A stretch of DNA of 62,869 bases, filler included, from Limisphaerales bacterium (GTDB taxonomy: Bacteria; Verrucomicrobiota; Verrucomicrobiia; Limisphaerales; SIBE01), in assembly GCA_044225505.1 (NCBI GenBank). It is 4 parts of 4 records of this genome, joined end to end, with 100 filler letters (N's around TTAATTAATTAA, not from the genome) between each part and the next. Parts side by side here need not be neighbours in the genome. Positions count along the whole stretch, not along the records: positions 1 to 15,377 come from JBGAIN010000188.1; 3 more parts are not named here. The stretch is one strand, 5' to 3'. The position numbers were made by a program, and so were the translations under genes. Positions 1-9,123 of the stretch are shown one piece after another (within the stretch, counting starts at the first letter, position 1; each line of letters starts with the position of its first letter). The notes below the pieces were generated by a model that saw only the letters and a program-made list of their open reading frames with translations, was not told where the DNA came from and did no database searches.

Positions 1-1236
1 TTGAAATCACGCGTGGCTGAGCTCGGCATCTCCTGTGAAGCCTGTCATGGCCCTGGAGAAGCGCATGTTCTGAAGCAAAAGACCCTGCAGCATCAACCGG
101 AACAAAAGCTCCGGAGTCACGACGAATCCATCGTTAACCCGGCACTGCTGGATCATAAACGTTCCAGTCAGGTCTGCGGACAGTGTCATGGAGTTTACAT
201 CACCAAAGAAGAATTCGCGATGCGGTTTGCCAAAGAGGGCCCCCTCTACCGCCCGGGAGAAGACATCCACGAAACGCGCTTCTACCCGCAGCATCCAGGA
301 ACCAATCCTACACCGGAGAATCGAGCGCATCTCAAACGGAATCTGGATTTCTTCCGTGAGCGATGGTGGGACGACGGCAGCATACTCGCTGGGGGTCGCG
401 AGTATACGGCGTTGCTGGCGACCGGCTGTTTCACTCGCGGTGATCTGTCGTGTGTTTCCTGTCATTCCATGCATCGCAGCGATCCAGCGGGGCAGTTGAA
501 AGCAAACCACGACGGTCCTAAGGCGTGCACGCAATGCCATAAGGAGGAGAAATTCACCACGAACCTTCGCCTCCATACCCGACACCAACCAGAATCCGAA
601 GGCAGCAATTGCCTGAACTGCCACATGCCACACACGACCTATGCGCTTTTTAAGGCCATTCGATCCCATCAGATTTCTTCTCCTCAAGTGGAACGAAGCG
701 CCCAATTCGGAACCCCAAACGCGTGCAATCTCTGTCACTTGGACAAGACTCTCGCTTGGACCCAAGAACACCTTGCCGCCTGGAAGTCGACCAAAGGGCG
801 GCCCCTTCCGTTGTCCAACGACGATCAGACTCTGTCCGCCGCGGTTTCATGGCTCCTGAAGGGCAATGCCGCCCAACGGGTTATCGCTGCTTGGCATCTT
901 GGATGGAAGCCCGCTCAGACTGCCTCCGGCACCGACTGGTTAGCCCCTTTTGCAGGTCAATTACTTCAAGACCCGTACGGAGTCGTTCGCTATGTGGCAG
1001 CCCGCAGTTTGCGGTCAATTCCCGGATACGCGAATATCCCGTTTGACTTCCTGGCGCCGGAGAAAGAGTTGAAGCAGGCGACAGAAACGGTCGTCCAGCG
1101 CTGGACGGAGCGCGGTGGAGCGGGCACTCGCCCGAACGCTAACCTATTGATAGGCAATGATGGAAAACTCGTTCCGGGCCGTGTTCGCGACTTGCTCGAC
1201 AAACGCGACGATCGATCTGTGACGATCAAGGAATGA
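1..1236 (+). CDS. Multiheme c-type cytochrome, C-terminal part (5' end outside window), ending in a HEAT-like helical region
   Basis: Six CxxCH motifs (CEACH, CGQCH, CVSCH, CTQCH, CLNCH, CNLCH); HEAT-like segment LLQDPYGVVRYVAARSL; frame open from position 1. Confidence 0.88.
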   Translation: MKSRVAELGISCEACHGPGEAHVLKQKTLQHQPEQKLRSHDESIVNPALLDHKRSSQVCGQCHGVYITKEEFAMRFAKEGPLYRPGEDIHETRFYPQHPGTNPTPENRAHLKRNLDFFRERWWDDGSILAGGREYTALLATGCFTRGDLSCVSCHSMHRSDPAGQLKANHDGPKACTQCHKEEKFTTNLRLHTRHQPESEGSNCLNCHMPHTTYALFKAIRSHQISSPQVERSAQFGTPNACNLCHLDKTLAWTQEHLAAWKSTKGRPLPLSNDDQTLSAAVSWLLKGNAAQRVIAAWHLGWKPAQTASGTDWLAPFAGQLLQDPYGVVRYVAARSLRSIPGYANIPFDFLAPEKELKQATETVVQRWTERGGAGTRPNANLLIGNDGKLVPGRVRDLLDKRDDRSVTIKE

Positions 1237-1931
1237 GGCCCAACGTCCGAACACGCGCTCCAGGACAGCCAGAGACCGAGATCTTGCGACCGCTCGTTGG
1301 TTGGTGACATATTGTCTCCTACCTGGTGTGCTGTCCCCTAGTTCCGTGAGCTTTTGCGGCAAGGAGTTTGGCCTCGTCCGCAGGGGGCGAGTGAGGCGCA
1401 TCCCCGTCCCGACAGGTCGGGAGAACGAGCGAGCCACGCCGCAGGCGGGCAAAAAACTGCCGCCCAAAGGGTTGTGCTGAAAATGGGTCCTGGCTTTGCT
1501 GCAAAAATGGCAGGGGTGCGGAATATTCCACCAGAACCCTCGACTGGCGGCCTGAGCCCGTAATAATTCGAAGCCGACCATCCGAGCGCCCGTCCCTGCG
1601 GACTGAGAACTCCGCGCTGCCCTCGAAGTCGCTGGGAATCGGGCTGCAGTCGGCACTGTCGATACCCTGTTTGGCAACCTACAGGCCGCCCGCGACTGGG
1701 TCGCTGCCTCGTTTCCGCGGTGGGGGTTCCCCAAAAATGCTGTCGAAGTCGAACGCACTTTACAGCCTATCAGAGTTTAGTCGCTTAGCCCTTGCACACC
1801 AGCGCTTTTGGAGTGATGAGGTCTTGGGACTCGGTCGCTTATGGCCGTTACGGCACCTGGAATACAGCAAGTTAGGACCTCTCCAACCTTCGGATGTCAT
1901 CGCTCCTGCCTTCGCTCGTCTACCGTAGGTG

Positions 1932-1970
1932 ACCCACTGGTGACCCACTCGAAGTGGGTTACCAGTGGGT
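1932..1970. repeat. 18-bp inverted repeat (hairpin) overlapping a tandem 11-mer GGTGACCCACT
   Basis: ACCCACTGGTGACCCACT-CGA-AGTGGGTTACCAGTGGGT, one G-T pair; direct repeats at 1928-1938 and 1939-1949. Confidence 0.9.
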
Positions 1971-2085
1971 GAAGAGCGAAAGACGAGGCGAAAACGACCA
2001 GTTCGACTGACCGGCGTCTTTGATTGCACGAAGCTCACCTGCTATTTCCAGCGGAATCGGCCGCGCCCTGCGCTCGTCAACCCCG

Positions 2086-2104
2086 CGGTGACAATTTGTC
2101 ACCG
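2086..2104. promoter_or_regulatory. Operator-like perfect palindrome
   Basis: CGGTGACAA-T-TTGTCACCG; related copy GGTGACATATTGTCTCC at 1303-1319. Confidence 0.45.
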
Positions 2105-2221
2105 ACCGCCTCGCGCTGACCTGCGCCCCGAGCAGGATAGATTTCATACGTTATCCTGAAACAGGAATTGCATTTTGAATCAATTGTGCGACAGATAAGT
2201 TGTCGCCGACGAAATGAAGGT

Positions 2222-2258
2222 TTGACATCTTCCAGCAAGTTTGGTGAGATGCCGCCCC
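2222..2258 (+). promoter_or_regulatory. Putative sigma70 promoter of rplU operon
   Basis: Consensus -35 TTGACA (2222-2227), 17-nt spacer, weak -10 TGAGAT (2245-2250), then GC-rich discriminator-like GCCGCCCC. Confidence 0.5.
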
Positions 2259-2273
2259 TTTAGACCAGGAACT

Positions 2274-2585
2274 ATGTACGCAGTATTAGAAACAGGCAGC
2301 AAACAATACCGAGTCGCCGCCGGTCAAACGTTAGAGGTTGAACGTCTCGAGGTAGAAGCTGGTCAACCTTACACATTCAACCGCGTGCTCATGGTGAGCA
2401 ACGACGGCAAGATTTCAGTCGGAGCGCCGACCGTCGCGAATGCGAGCGTGGTGGTCGACGTCGTCGGACATATCCGCGGCCCGAAGAAAGTGGCATTTAA
2501 GATGAAGCGCCGTAAGGGCTATCATCGGACCGTCGGGCACCGACAGGAGTTAACAAAAGTGTTAGTGAAAGAGATTAAACTTTAG
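2274..2585 (+). CDS. rplU: 50S ribosomal protein L21
   Basis: MYAVLETGSKQYRV...KRRKGYHRTVGHRQELT; start moved to ATG 2274. Confidence 0.98.
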   Translation: MYAVLETGSKQYRVAAGQTLEVERLEVEAGQPYTFNRVLMVSNDGKISVGAPTVANASVVVDVVGHIRGPKKVAFKMKRRKGYHRTVGHRQELTKVLVKEIKL

Positions 2586-2591
2586 CAGAGT

Positions 2592-2855
2592 ATGGCACAC
2601 AAGAAAGGTCAAGGCAGCGTCCGTAACGGGCGCGATAGCGTAAGCAAAAGGCTCGGAGTCAAACGATTCGGTGGTGAATTCGTCACCGCTGGAAGCATTT
2701 TGGTTCGGCAGCGCGGGACAAAATTTGTCGCGGGCAAGAACGTTGGAACAGGGCGCGATTGGACTCTTTTCGCACTGGTTGACGGCAAAGTGACGTTCGA
2801 TAAAGACAGTCACAGAGTCAACATCTCCCCTGCACCCTCCCCAGGCAGCAATTAA
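2592..2855 (+). CDS. rpmA: 50S ribosomal protein L27
   Basis: [28 protein letters not shown]; follows rplU. Confidence 0.99.
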   Translation: MAHKKGQGSVRNGRDSVSKRLGVKRFGGEFVTAGSILVRQRGTKFVAGKNVGTGRDWTLFALVDGKVTFDKDSHRVNISPAPSPGSN

Positions 2856-2871
2856 TTGAACGCTTTTTAGG

Positions 2872-2905
2872 AAAAAGGCGAGGTCGCTCTGACCTCGCCT
2901 TTTTT
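2872..2905 (+). terminator. Rho-independent terminator between rpmA and obgE
   Basis: AAAAAGGCGAGGTC-GCTCT-GACCTCGCCTTTTTT, GC stem followed by U tract. Confidence 0.85.
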
Positions 2906-2925
2906 CTTCTTTTCAGCACCAGCCC

Positions 2926-4122
2926 ATGTTCGTCGACGAAGTCAAGATCTATGCCCAAGCCGGACACGGCGGAAAGGGCTGTGTCGCCTTTCACCGGGAA
3001 GCGTTCATCGTGAAAGGCGGACCGAGTGGCGGCAACGGCGGCCGAGGTGGAGACGTCATTTTAGAGGCCGATCACGATTTGAACAACTTGATCGCCCAGT
3101 TTTATACTCCGCGTCTCATTGCGGAAGAGGGGCGGCCCGGCATGGGTAAGGGAATGGACGGGCGAGCAGGCAAAGATTTGATTGTGAAAGTCCCGTGCGG
3201 AACGCTGGTTTGGCGCATGCGCGACGAATCCCTCCCTTCGGATCCAGATTCTCCAGGAGCGGAGACGGACGACGAATCGTCCGCCCCGGGAACGCTTCTC
3301 AAAGTGACCTCCCATTCAAGACCGCTCTTGCGGACCGCGACCAGCGCCCGGGCGATCGAAGTAGACTTGGCCGAAGACGCTTCGAAACCAACCGAACCAG
3401 AGTCTTTTGATGGGGATTTGGTTGCTGATCTAGTCGAAAACGGCTCTCGATGGGTTTTATGCAAAGGCGGACGGGGCGGTTTGGGGAATAGGAATTTTGC
3501 CACCGCTCGTCGACAGACACCGCGGTTTGCCCAACCCGGCGAACCCGGCGATTCCGGTCACTTTCGGTTTGAGCTCAGACTCATTGCGGACGTCGGACTG
3601 GTCGGATATCCCAATGCGGGAAAATCGACTTTGTTGTCTGCCATATCGAAGGCGAGGCCGAAGATTGCGCCCTATCCGTTCACGACGTTGCATCCCCAGA
3701 TAGGGATCGTTGAATATGCAGATCACCATCGCTTGGTCGTCTGCGATGTTCCCGGCTTGATTGAAGGCGCCCACCAGAATGTCGGATTAGGCCACGCTTT
3801 TCTCCGGCACATTCAGCGCTGCAAGATATTGGTGCTATTACTCGACATGGCCGGAATTGACGGTCGCGCGCCTTGGGATGATTACAAAAAACTTCTGCGT
3901 GAGCTGGAGTTATTCGACCCGGCATTGCTGGAACGGCCGCGCCTCGTGGTCGCCAACAAAATGGATGAACCTGCGGCCGTCACTAACCTGAAAAAGTTCA
4001 AGGTCAAGATTCGGAAGACCCCTGTCCTCTCAATGGCGGCCGGGTTTGACGAAGGAATCGATGAGTTCAAGGAACGGATCCGAGAGGCGATTGCGGCCCA
4101 GGTCCGTCCCGCGGCAAAGTAG
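2926..4122 (+). CDS. obgE: GTPase ObgE/CgtA with an insertion in the Obg domain
   Basis: MFVDEVKIYAQAGHGGKG, Gly-rich Obg fold, G1 GYPNAGKST, G2 PYPFTT, G3 DVPG, G4 NKMD; rplU-rpmA-obg synteny. Confidence 0.97.
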   Translation: MFVDEVKIYAQAGHGGKGCVAFHREAFIVKGGPSGGNGGRGGDVILEADHDLNNLIAQFYTPRLIAEEGRPGMGKGMDGRAGKDLIVKVPCGTLVWRMRDESLPSDPDSPGAETDDESSAPGTLLKVTSHSRPLLRTATSARAIEVDLAEDASKPTEPESFDGDLVADLVENGSRWVLCKGGRGGLGNRNFATARRQTPRFAQPGEPGDSGHFRFELRLIADVGLVGYPNAGKSTLLSAISKARPKIAPYPFTTLHPQIGIVEYADHHRLVVCDVPGLIEGAHQNVGLGHAFLRHIQRCKILVLLLDMAGIDGRAPWDDYKKLLRELELFDPALLERPRLVVANKMDEPAAVTNLKKFKVKIRKTPVLSMAAGFDEGIDEFKERIREAIAAQVRPAAK

Positions 4123-4253
4123 GTCGGACTGGTTTAGCGGACTCCCGGCTATTTCGCTGCGCTCGCCCGGTCGTGTCGCTGTTGGATCGACAAATTTGAT
4201 CTGGCATTCTTCTCTGTGGACGCTAAAGAAGAGCGATCACAGGCGCATACTCT

Positions 4254-5423
4254 ATGGCTTTCTCTATTGGCGGAACGGCGAGGATTTATCAGGGACTGCT
4301 AGCCGCATTTGCGGCTGGACTCGCGGTAGGAGCCACCGCGGCGACAACAGACAGAACCAACTCAGGAGCTTCGATGACGCGAATCACAGAAGAACAGTTC
4401 GGAAAAACACCACTGGGAACGCCAGTCCAATTGTTTACGCTTCGCAACCAGAACGGCATGATCGTCAAAGTGATGAGTTATGGCGCGATCATCACGGAAA
4501 TCCGAGTTCCCGACCGCAATGGCGTCCTCGCCAATGTTGTCCTTGGAACTGATTCGCTCGAGAAATACTTGAACGGCTTTCCCGCAGCGGCCGCTGTCAT
4601 AGGACGGGTCGCCAACCGGATCGCCAAGGCTCGATTCACCTTGGACGGGCAAGACTATCCGCTGGCGGCAAACAATGGCGCCAACCACATTCACGGTGGA
4701 AACCAAGGTTTTGCTCAGAAAGTCTGGGAAGCGAAAGTGCTGCCGTCCCACTCGCAAGAAGCCAGCGTCAAATTCACCTACTTGAGCAAGGATGGAGAAG
4801 AAGGATACCCCGGCAACCTTTCGGCATCCGTCACCTACACGTTGACCGATAGCAATGAGCTCCAGCTGAATTACGAAGCTACGACGGACAAGGCGACTTT
4901 GGTCAACCTTACGAATCACGCCTACTTCAATCTCAACGGCGCCGGCGACATTCTGGACCACCAGCTGTGGCTGGGGACCAATCGGTATACCCCCGCCGAC
5001 GAACAATTGATTCCCACCGGTGACATCGCCACGGTTCATGGAACGCCGCTCGACTTCACCAAGCCGACTGCCATTGGAGCGCGGATCGAACAGCTGAAAC
5101 CTCGGGTCAATGGCTATGATCACAATTACGTGCTGGCTTCGGATGGAAAGGCCCCTGCCCTATGCGCGCGTGCGAGCGACCCCAAGAGCGGGCGAATCAT
5201 GGAAGTGCTCACGACGGAACCGGGCGTCCAGCTTTACACCGGAAATCATCTTCACAACGTCGTCAGCACCGGGGGGATCACGATGGGCGCAAATCATCCC
5301 GCATTCTGCCTGGAGACGCAGCACTGGCCTGATTCCATTCATCACCCCAATTTTCCCTCGACGATCTTGAGACCTGGCTCGGCCTTCAAGAGCACGACGA
5401 CATTTCGGTTTTCAGCAAAGTGA
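4254..5423 (+). CDS. galM: Aldose 1-epimerase (galactose mutarotase) with probable signal peptide
   Basis: GRVANRI, HIHGG, GEEGYPG, NLTNHAYFNL, GYDHNY, FCLETQHWPD; Ala-rich hydrophobic N-terminus. Confidence 0.93.
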   Translation: MAFSIGGTARIYQGLLAAFAAGLAVGATAATTDRTNSGASMTRITEEQFGKTPLGTPVQLFTLRNQNGMIVKVMSYGAIITEIRVPDRNGVLANVVLGTDSLEKYLNGFPAAAAVIGRVANRIAKARFTLDGQDYPLAANNGANHIHGGNQGFAQKVWEAKVLPSHSQEASVKFTYLSKDGEEGYPGNLSASVTYTLTDSNELQLNYEATTDKATLVNLTNHAYFNLNGAGDILDHQLWLGTNRYTPADEQLIPTGDIATVHGTPLDFTKPTAIGARIEQLKPRVNGYDHNYVLASDGKAPALCARASDPKSGRIMEVLTTEPGVQLYTGNHLHNVVSTGGITMGANHPAFCLETQHWPDSIHHPNFPSTILRPGSAFKSTTTFRFSAK

Positions 5424-5563
5424 AGTTTGGAAGGCCCTGACGGACAATGTCCAGCGGGTGCCTGGTCGCGAAAATCATCCGCTGGAGGAGAGACTCAGCG
5501 AGGAAATCGGCGCTTTTCAAGCGGATCAAGGTGCACTAGGTTCTCGGGCGTTACAGAGCCCGT

Positions 5564-6925
5564 ATGCCCAGTGTCTTCATCAAAACTTACGGATGCCAAA
5601 TGAATGAGCGCGACTCCGAAGCGGTCGCGGCTCAGCTAGTTGAAAAAGGTTACACCCTGGCCACCTCGGAGGCGACGGCGGATGTCGTTCTTCTAAACAC
5701 TTGCAGCGTGCGTGACAGTGCAGAATTGAAAGCTATTGGAAAACTCCAAAATCTGGTTGCGGATTCCAGGCGCCACCGTCCTAACCTGGTGTTGGGGGTC
5801 ATGGGTTGTATGGCGCAGAGCCGAGGTCAAGAACTCCTGGATAAACTGCCAGATCTGGATCTAGTGATCGGCACGCAGAAGTTCCATCGCACCGCGGATT
5901 ACCTCGAGGAGATATTGAGCGGCCGTCAGCAACGCGTTTGCGATACCGCGGAGGAACCTGGGAGCCAGGCCAAAATTCGGGAGCATATCCTCGATGGCTC
6001 TGCCGCCGCGAAAGCGCCGACAGCGTTTGTCAGCATTATGCAGGGCTGCAATCAGCACTGTACCTTTTGCATTGTCCCATTTACGCGCGGCGAAGAAAGA
6101 AGCCGCACCATCCCTGATGTGGTGGCCGAATGCGATCAACTCGTCCGGAGCGGGGTCAAGGAAATCACCCTCTTAGGCCAGATCGTGACGAGCTACGGCA
6201 AACGTGACATCAAGGTATCCGAAGGAAAATCCGCCTTTGTTCAATTGTTGGAAGCGGTGCACAGTTTGCCCGGGTTGGAAAGGATACGCTTCACCTCGCC
6301 TCATCCCAAAGGCTATGGCGAAGACTTGGTCGACGCTTACCGTCGTTTGCCCAAGCTTTGCGAAAGCGCTCACCTGCCAGCACAAAGCGGAAGTGATCGA
6401 ATTCTGAAGTTGATGCATCGCGGATATACCCGCGCACACTTCTTAACCTTGGTAAATCGGCTCAGGACAGCTCAGCCAAAGATCGGCGTTACGACGGACT
6501 TGATCGTCGGATTCCCCGGAGAGACAGACGAGGACCTGGAGGCGACGCTGTCTCTGGTGCGGGAAGCCGAGTTCGACAACGCGTTCGTTTTCAAATACTC
6601 GCCGAGAAAGGGAACACCCGCCGTGAGCCTGCCTGGTCAGCTGAGTCAATCCGAAATTGAAGCGCGCCACGCTACGGTCCTGAAGCAAGTTAACGAAATT
6701 GCCACTGAGAAGCTGCAACGTATGGTCGGGACGCGCACGCAAGTTTTAGCAGAAGGCCCCAGTCGAAAAAACCCGGCCCGTTTGGAAGGTCGAACGCGCT
6801 GCAACAAAATTGTCGTCTTTGCCGGCTCCGAACGCCACGCTGGACAGCTTCTTGACTTGCACGTTCGGCGCACGACCGGTTTCACGCTTTACGGCGAGCT
6901 GACAACAATTAACGTGGATGAATAG
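5564..6925 (+). CDS. miaB: tRNA-2-methylthio-N6-dimethylallyladenosine synthase (radical SAM)
   Basis: KTYGCQMNERDSE, NTCSVR, GCMAQ, CNQHCTFC, RFTSPHP, C-terminal TRAM domain. Confidence 0.96.
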   Translation: MPSVFIKTYGCQMNERDSEAVAAQLVEKGYTLATSEATADVVLLNTCSVRDSAELKAIGKLQNLVADSRRHRPNLVLGVMGCMAQSRGQELLDKLPDLDLVIGTQKFHRTADYLEEILSGRQQRVCDTAEEPGSQAKIREHILDGSAAAKAPTAFVSIMQGCNQHCTFCIVPFTRGEERSRTIPDVVAECDQLVRSGVKEITLLGQIVTSYGKRDIKVSEGKSAFVQLLEAVHSLPGLERIRFTSPHPKGYGEDLVDAYRRLPKLCESAHLPAQSGSDRILKLMHRGYTRAHFLTLVNRLRTAQPKIGVTTDLIVGFPGETDEDLEATLSLVREAEFDNAFVFKYSPRKGTPAVSLPGQLSQSEIEARHATVLKQVNEIATEKLQRMVGTRTQVLAEGPSRKNPARLEGRTRCNKIVVFAGSERHAGQLLDLHVRRTTGFTLYGELTTINVDE

Positions 6926-6946
6926 CGGTGCGGTGCAGGATCAATC

Positions 6947-7567
6947 ATGAGACTTTCAACATTGGCGGTTGCGTTGGGACTACTGGCCTTGTGCAACGGG
7001 CTTTATGGGGTACTTAAACCGGGCGCTCTCGGCGCAACGATGCGAAAGTTCCCTCGATCTCCGATATGGGGGTTCTTCCTTATGGGACTGGGAACGGCGT
7101 GGTTTCTTTGGAATTTAAGTAACGAATCGATCTCCGATTTCGCTGCTTACAAAAATATCATGTTGTTAGGTTTCGGAGCTGTGGGCGTGCTGACGTGTAT
7201 CTTTGTCCAAGACTTCCTGGCTGTGCGTGGCTTGGCGGTGGTGTTCTTGCTTCTCGGCAAGCTAATGTTGGATTCGGCGCGGTGGCATGATTCTGCTTGG
7301 CGTTTGGTGATTGCCACTTGGGCCTACGTTCTCGTCGTTGCTGGTATGTGGTTCACGGTGTCCCCCTGGCGACTGCGCGATCTAATTCAATGGGCCACGG
7401 CGTCCGAAAGCCGTATACGCCTGGCAAGCGCATTGCGACTGGCTCTGGGAGCCCTAGTCCTAATCCTTGGTCTTACCGTATTCCGCGCTGGCGAACTTCA
7501 CGCGCAGAGTTCGGACGGCGTGCTTGGTCTGCCAAACTCCGCCTTGTCCACTCCTGGAATGCAGTAA
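6947..7567 (+). CDS. Hypothetical integral membrane protein
   Basis: About six hydrophobic segments; tight spacing between miaB and the glycosyltransferase. Confidence 0.8.
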   Translation: MRLSTLAVALGLLALCNGLYGVLKPGALGATMRKFPRSPIWGFFLMGLGTAWFLWNLSNESISDFAAYKNIMLLGFGAVGVLTCIFVQDFLAVRGLAVVFLLLGKLMLDSARWHDSAWRLVIATWAYVLVVAGMWFTVSPWRLRDLIQWATASESRIRLASALRLALGALVLILGLTVFRAGELHAQSSDGVLGLPNSALSTPGMQ

Positions 7568-7570
7568 TCC

Positions 7571-8581
7571 TTGGCCCGTTTTGTGTCCGATACTCGCGGT
7601 AAGATCCTGGTCATACGCGGCGGTGCCATTGGCGACTTTATTCTCACCCTGCCCGCGCTGGCCGCGCTCCGCGAACGCTTCGGAGAAGTTCAACGAGAGT
7701 TACTGACTTATCCTCGCGTTGCGCCCCTTGCCCTGGCCGCTAACCTCGTGCACCGAGCGGAGGCCATCGACGCTCGCCCAATGGCAAGTTTCTTTGCTCG
7801 CGGTGGTCCCTTACCCGACGTGTTAGCAGAGTATTTTAGTCAATTCGCTATCATCCTCTCCTACCTCTTTGATCCAGACGCGATCTTCGAGCAGAATGTG
7901 GCACGATGCTCAAAGGCACAATTCATCCCTGGCCCTCACCGACCGGACGAACGCGCCGCGCTTCATGCCACCGAAGCGTTTCTGCAGCCCCTGCAACGCC
8001 TCGCCATTTACGATGCCGATTCAGTTCCCAAGCTCGAACTCATCGACAGCCCGGAGGTCCCTGCCCTATCCAAAGCTCACTCTGCTGCGGTTCATACGCC
8101 GTCGATGGCCAGGTCGTCTCCCCATAGAGCCTGGCTCGCGTTGCACCCAGGGAGCGGTAGTGAACGAAAAAACTGGCCTATGGAACGGTGGAGCAGCCTC
8201 TTGACACGGCTCCTCCAAGAGACGCAGTTTTCGTTTTTATTGATCGGGGGCGAAGCGGACGTCGAACGAGTGCGTCGTCTGGCTGAAATGATCCCGCAAG
8301 CAAGGATCGAACTCGCGGTGCAGCGGCCGCTGGTTGCCTTGGCAACCCGAATGCGGTCGTGCCAGGCTTACATCGGCCATGATTCAGGAATCTCCCATCT
8401 CGCCGCAGCCGTCGGGCTCAAAGGGGTCATTCTCTGGGGTGACACCAATTCTCGAATCTGGCAGCCTCGGAGCGATCGGCTGCAGCTAGTCTCTTCGCCA
8501 TTCGGGCTGGCGGAGCTGACCTTGGACGAAGTGTGGAAAGCGCTAGTTTCAGCTCGGGTGGTCCCGTTAACGCCGGGTTAG
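7571..8581 (+). CDS. Glycosyltransferase family 9 (ADP-heptose:LPS heptosyltransferase-like)
   Basis: KILVIRGGAIGDFIL, LHPGSGSERKNWP, YIGHDSGISHLAAAVG. Confidence 0.92.
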   Translation: MARFVSDTRGKILVIRGGAIGDFILTLPALAALRERFGEVQRELLTYPRVAPLALAANLVHRAEAIDARPMASFFARGGPLPDVLAEYFSQFAIILSYLFDPDAIFEQNVARCSKAQFIPGPHRPDERAALHATEAFLQPLQRLAIYDADSVPKLELIDSPEVPALSKAHSAAVHTPSMARSSPHRAWLALHPGSGSERKNWPMERWSSLLTRLLQETQFSFLLIGGEADVERVRRLAEMIPQARIELAVQRPLVALATRMRSCQAYIGHDSGISHLAAAVGLKGVILWGDTNSRIWQPRSDRLQLVSSPFGLAELTLDEVWKALVSARVVPLTPG

Positions 8582-8742
8582 ATCGGAGTTCGGGTCCCGC
8601 ATGGGTCTTAACCCATTCGACCCAGCAAACGCCCGTCGGCGGTTTCCGCCAATTCCGTTTCGCGCGAGTTCTGGCATTGAATGCAGTTCAGCTCAACGGC
8701 AACGCCACTCCCCGTTAAAAAGAAAACCTGCTTCTACAGGTC

Positions 8743-8756
8743 TTGATCTAAATCAA
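8743..8756. promoter_or_regulatory. FNR/CRP-family binding site (consensus TTGAT-N4-ATCAA)
   Basis: TTGATCTAAATCAA, extended dyad CTTGAT...ATCAAG, in an AT-rich patch ending 40 nt before ATG 8796. Confidence 0.7.
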
Positions 8757-8795
8757 GGCTAATTATTCCAATCCTAGGCAGCCTCGACTCCTGGT

Positions 8796-9098
8796 ATGAA
8801 GATTGAGAATTGGTGCGTCATCGCTCGATCCGCACCGGCTCTGCAACCCCCTGAACAGGAGCGTTGCTGCCTCCACGGCTTCGTGCGCGGGCACCCCCGA
8901 TGCGCGGATGGTAAAGAAGTGACAACATCGCTCGTCGTCAGTTGCCACGGAAGCAACGTCATCACGAAGTCGGGGAGTGAGTACGAGCTAGGCGATGTCG
9001 ACTCCAATTACGAATCGCTTTTCCCCAACGCCAGAGAGCGTCTGCTTAACCGACTTTCCTCCTGTAGCCTCTCTGCGCAATCGGGCTACGAGATTTAG
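8796..9098 (+). CDS. Small hypothetical protein
   Basis: 100-aa ATG ORF filling the gap between real genes; protein-like pattern IENW...LHGFVRGHPR.ADG..VTTS...ITKSGSEYELG. Confidence 0.75.
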   Translation: MKIENWCVIARSAPALQPPEQERCCLHGFVRGHPRCADGKEVTTSLVVSCHGSNVITKSGSEYELGDVDSNYESLFPNARERLLNRLSSCSLSAQSGYEI

Positions 9099-9123
9099 CC
9101 TTGTTCGCGGAATCGACTACGAT

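Noticed and set aside
1383..1533. GGGGGCGA ... TCCACCA resembling tmRNA ends
   Set aside because: Only about 150 nt apart, no T-arm before the CCA and no tag reading frame
1144..1758. 204-aa minus-strand ORF
   Set aside because: Arg/Ser/Pro-rich, no motif, overlaps the cytochrome gene; likely spurious
8672..8685. TGGCA...TGCA as a sigma54 promoter
   Set aside because: GG-to-GC spacing is 8 nt rather than the required 10
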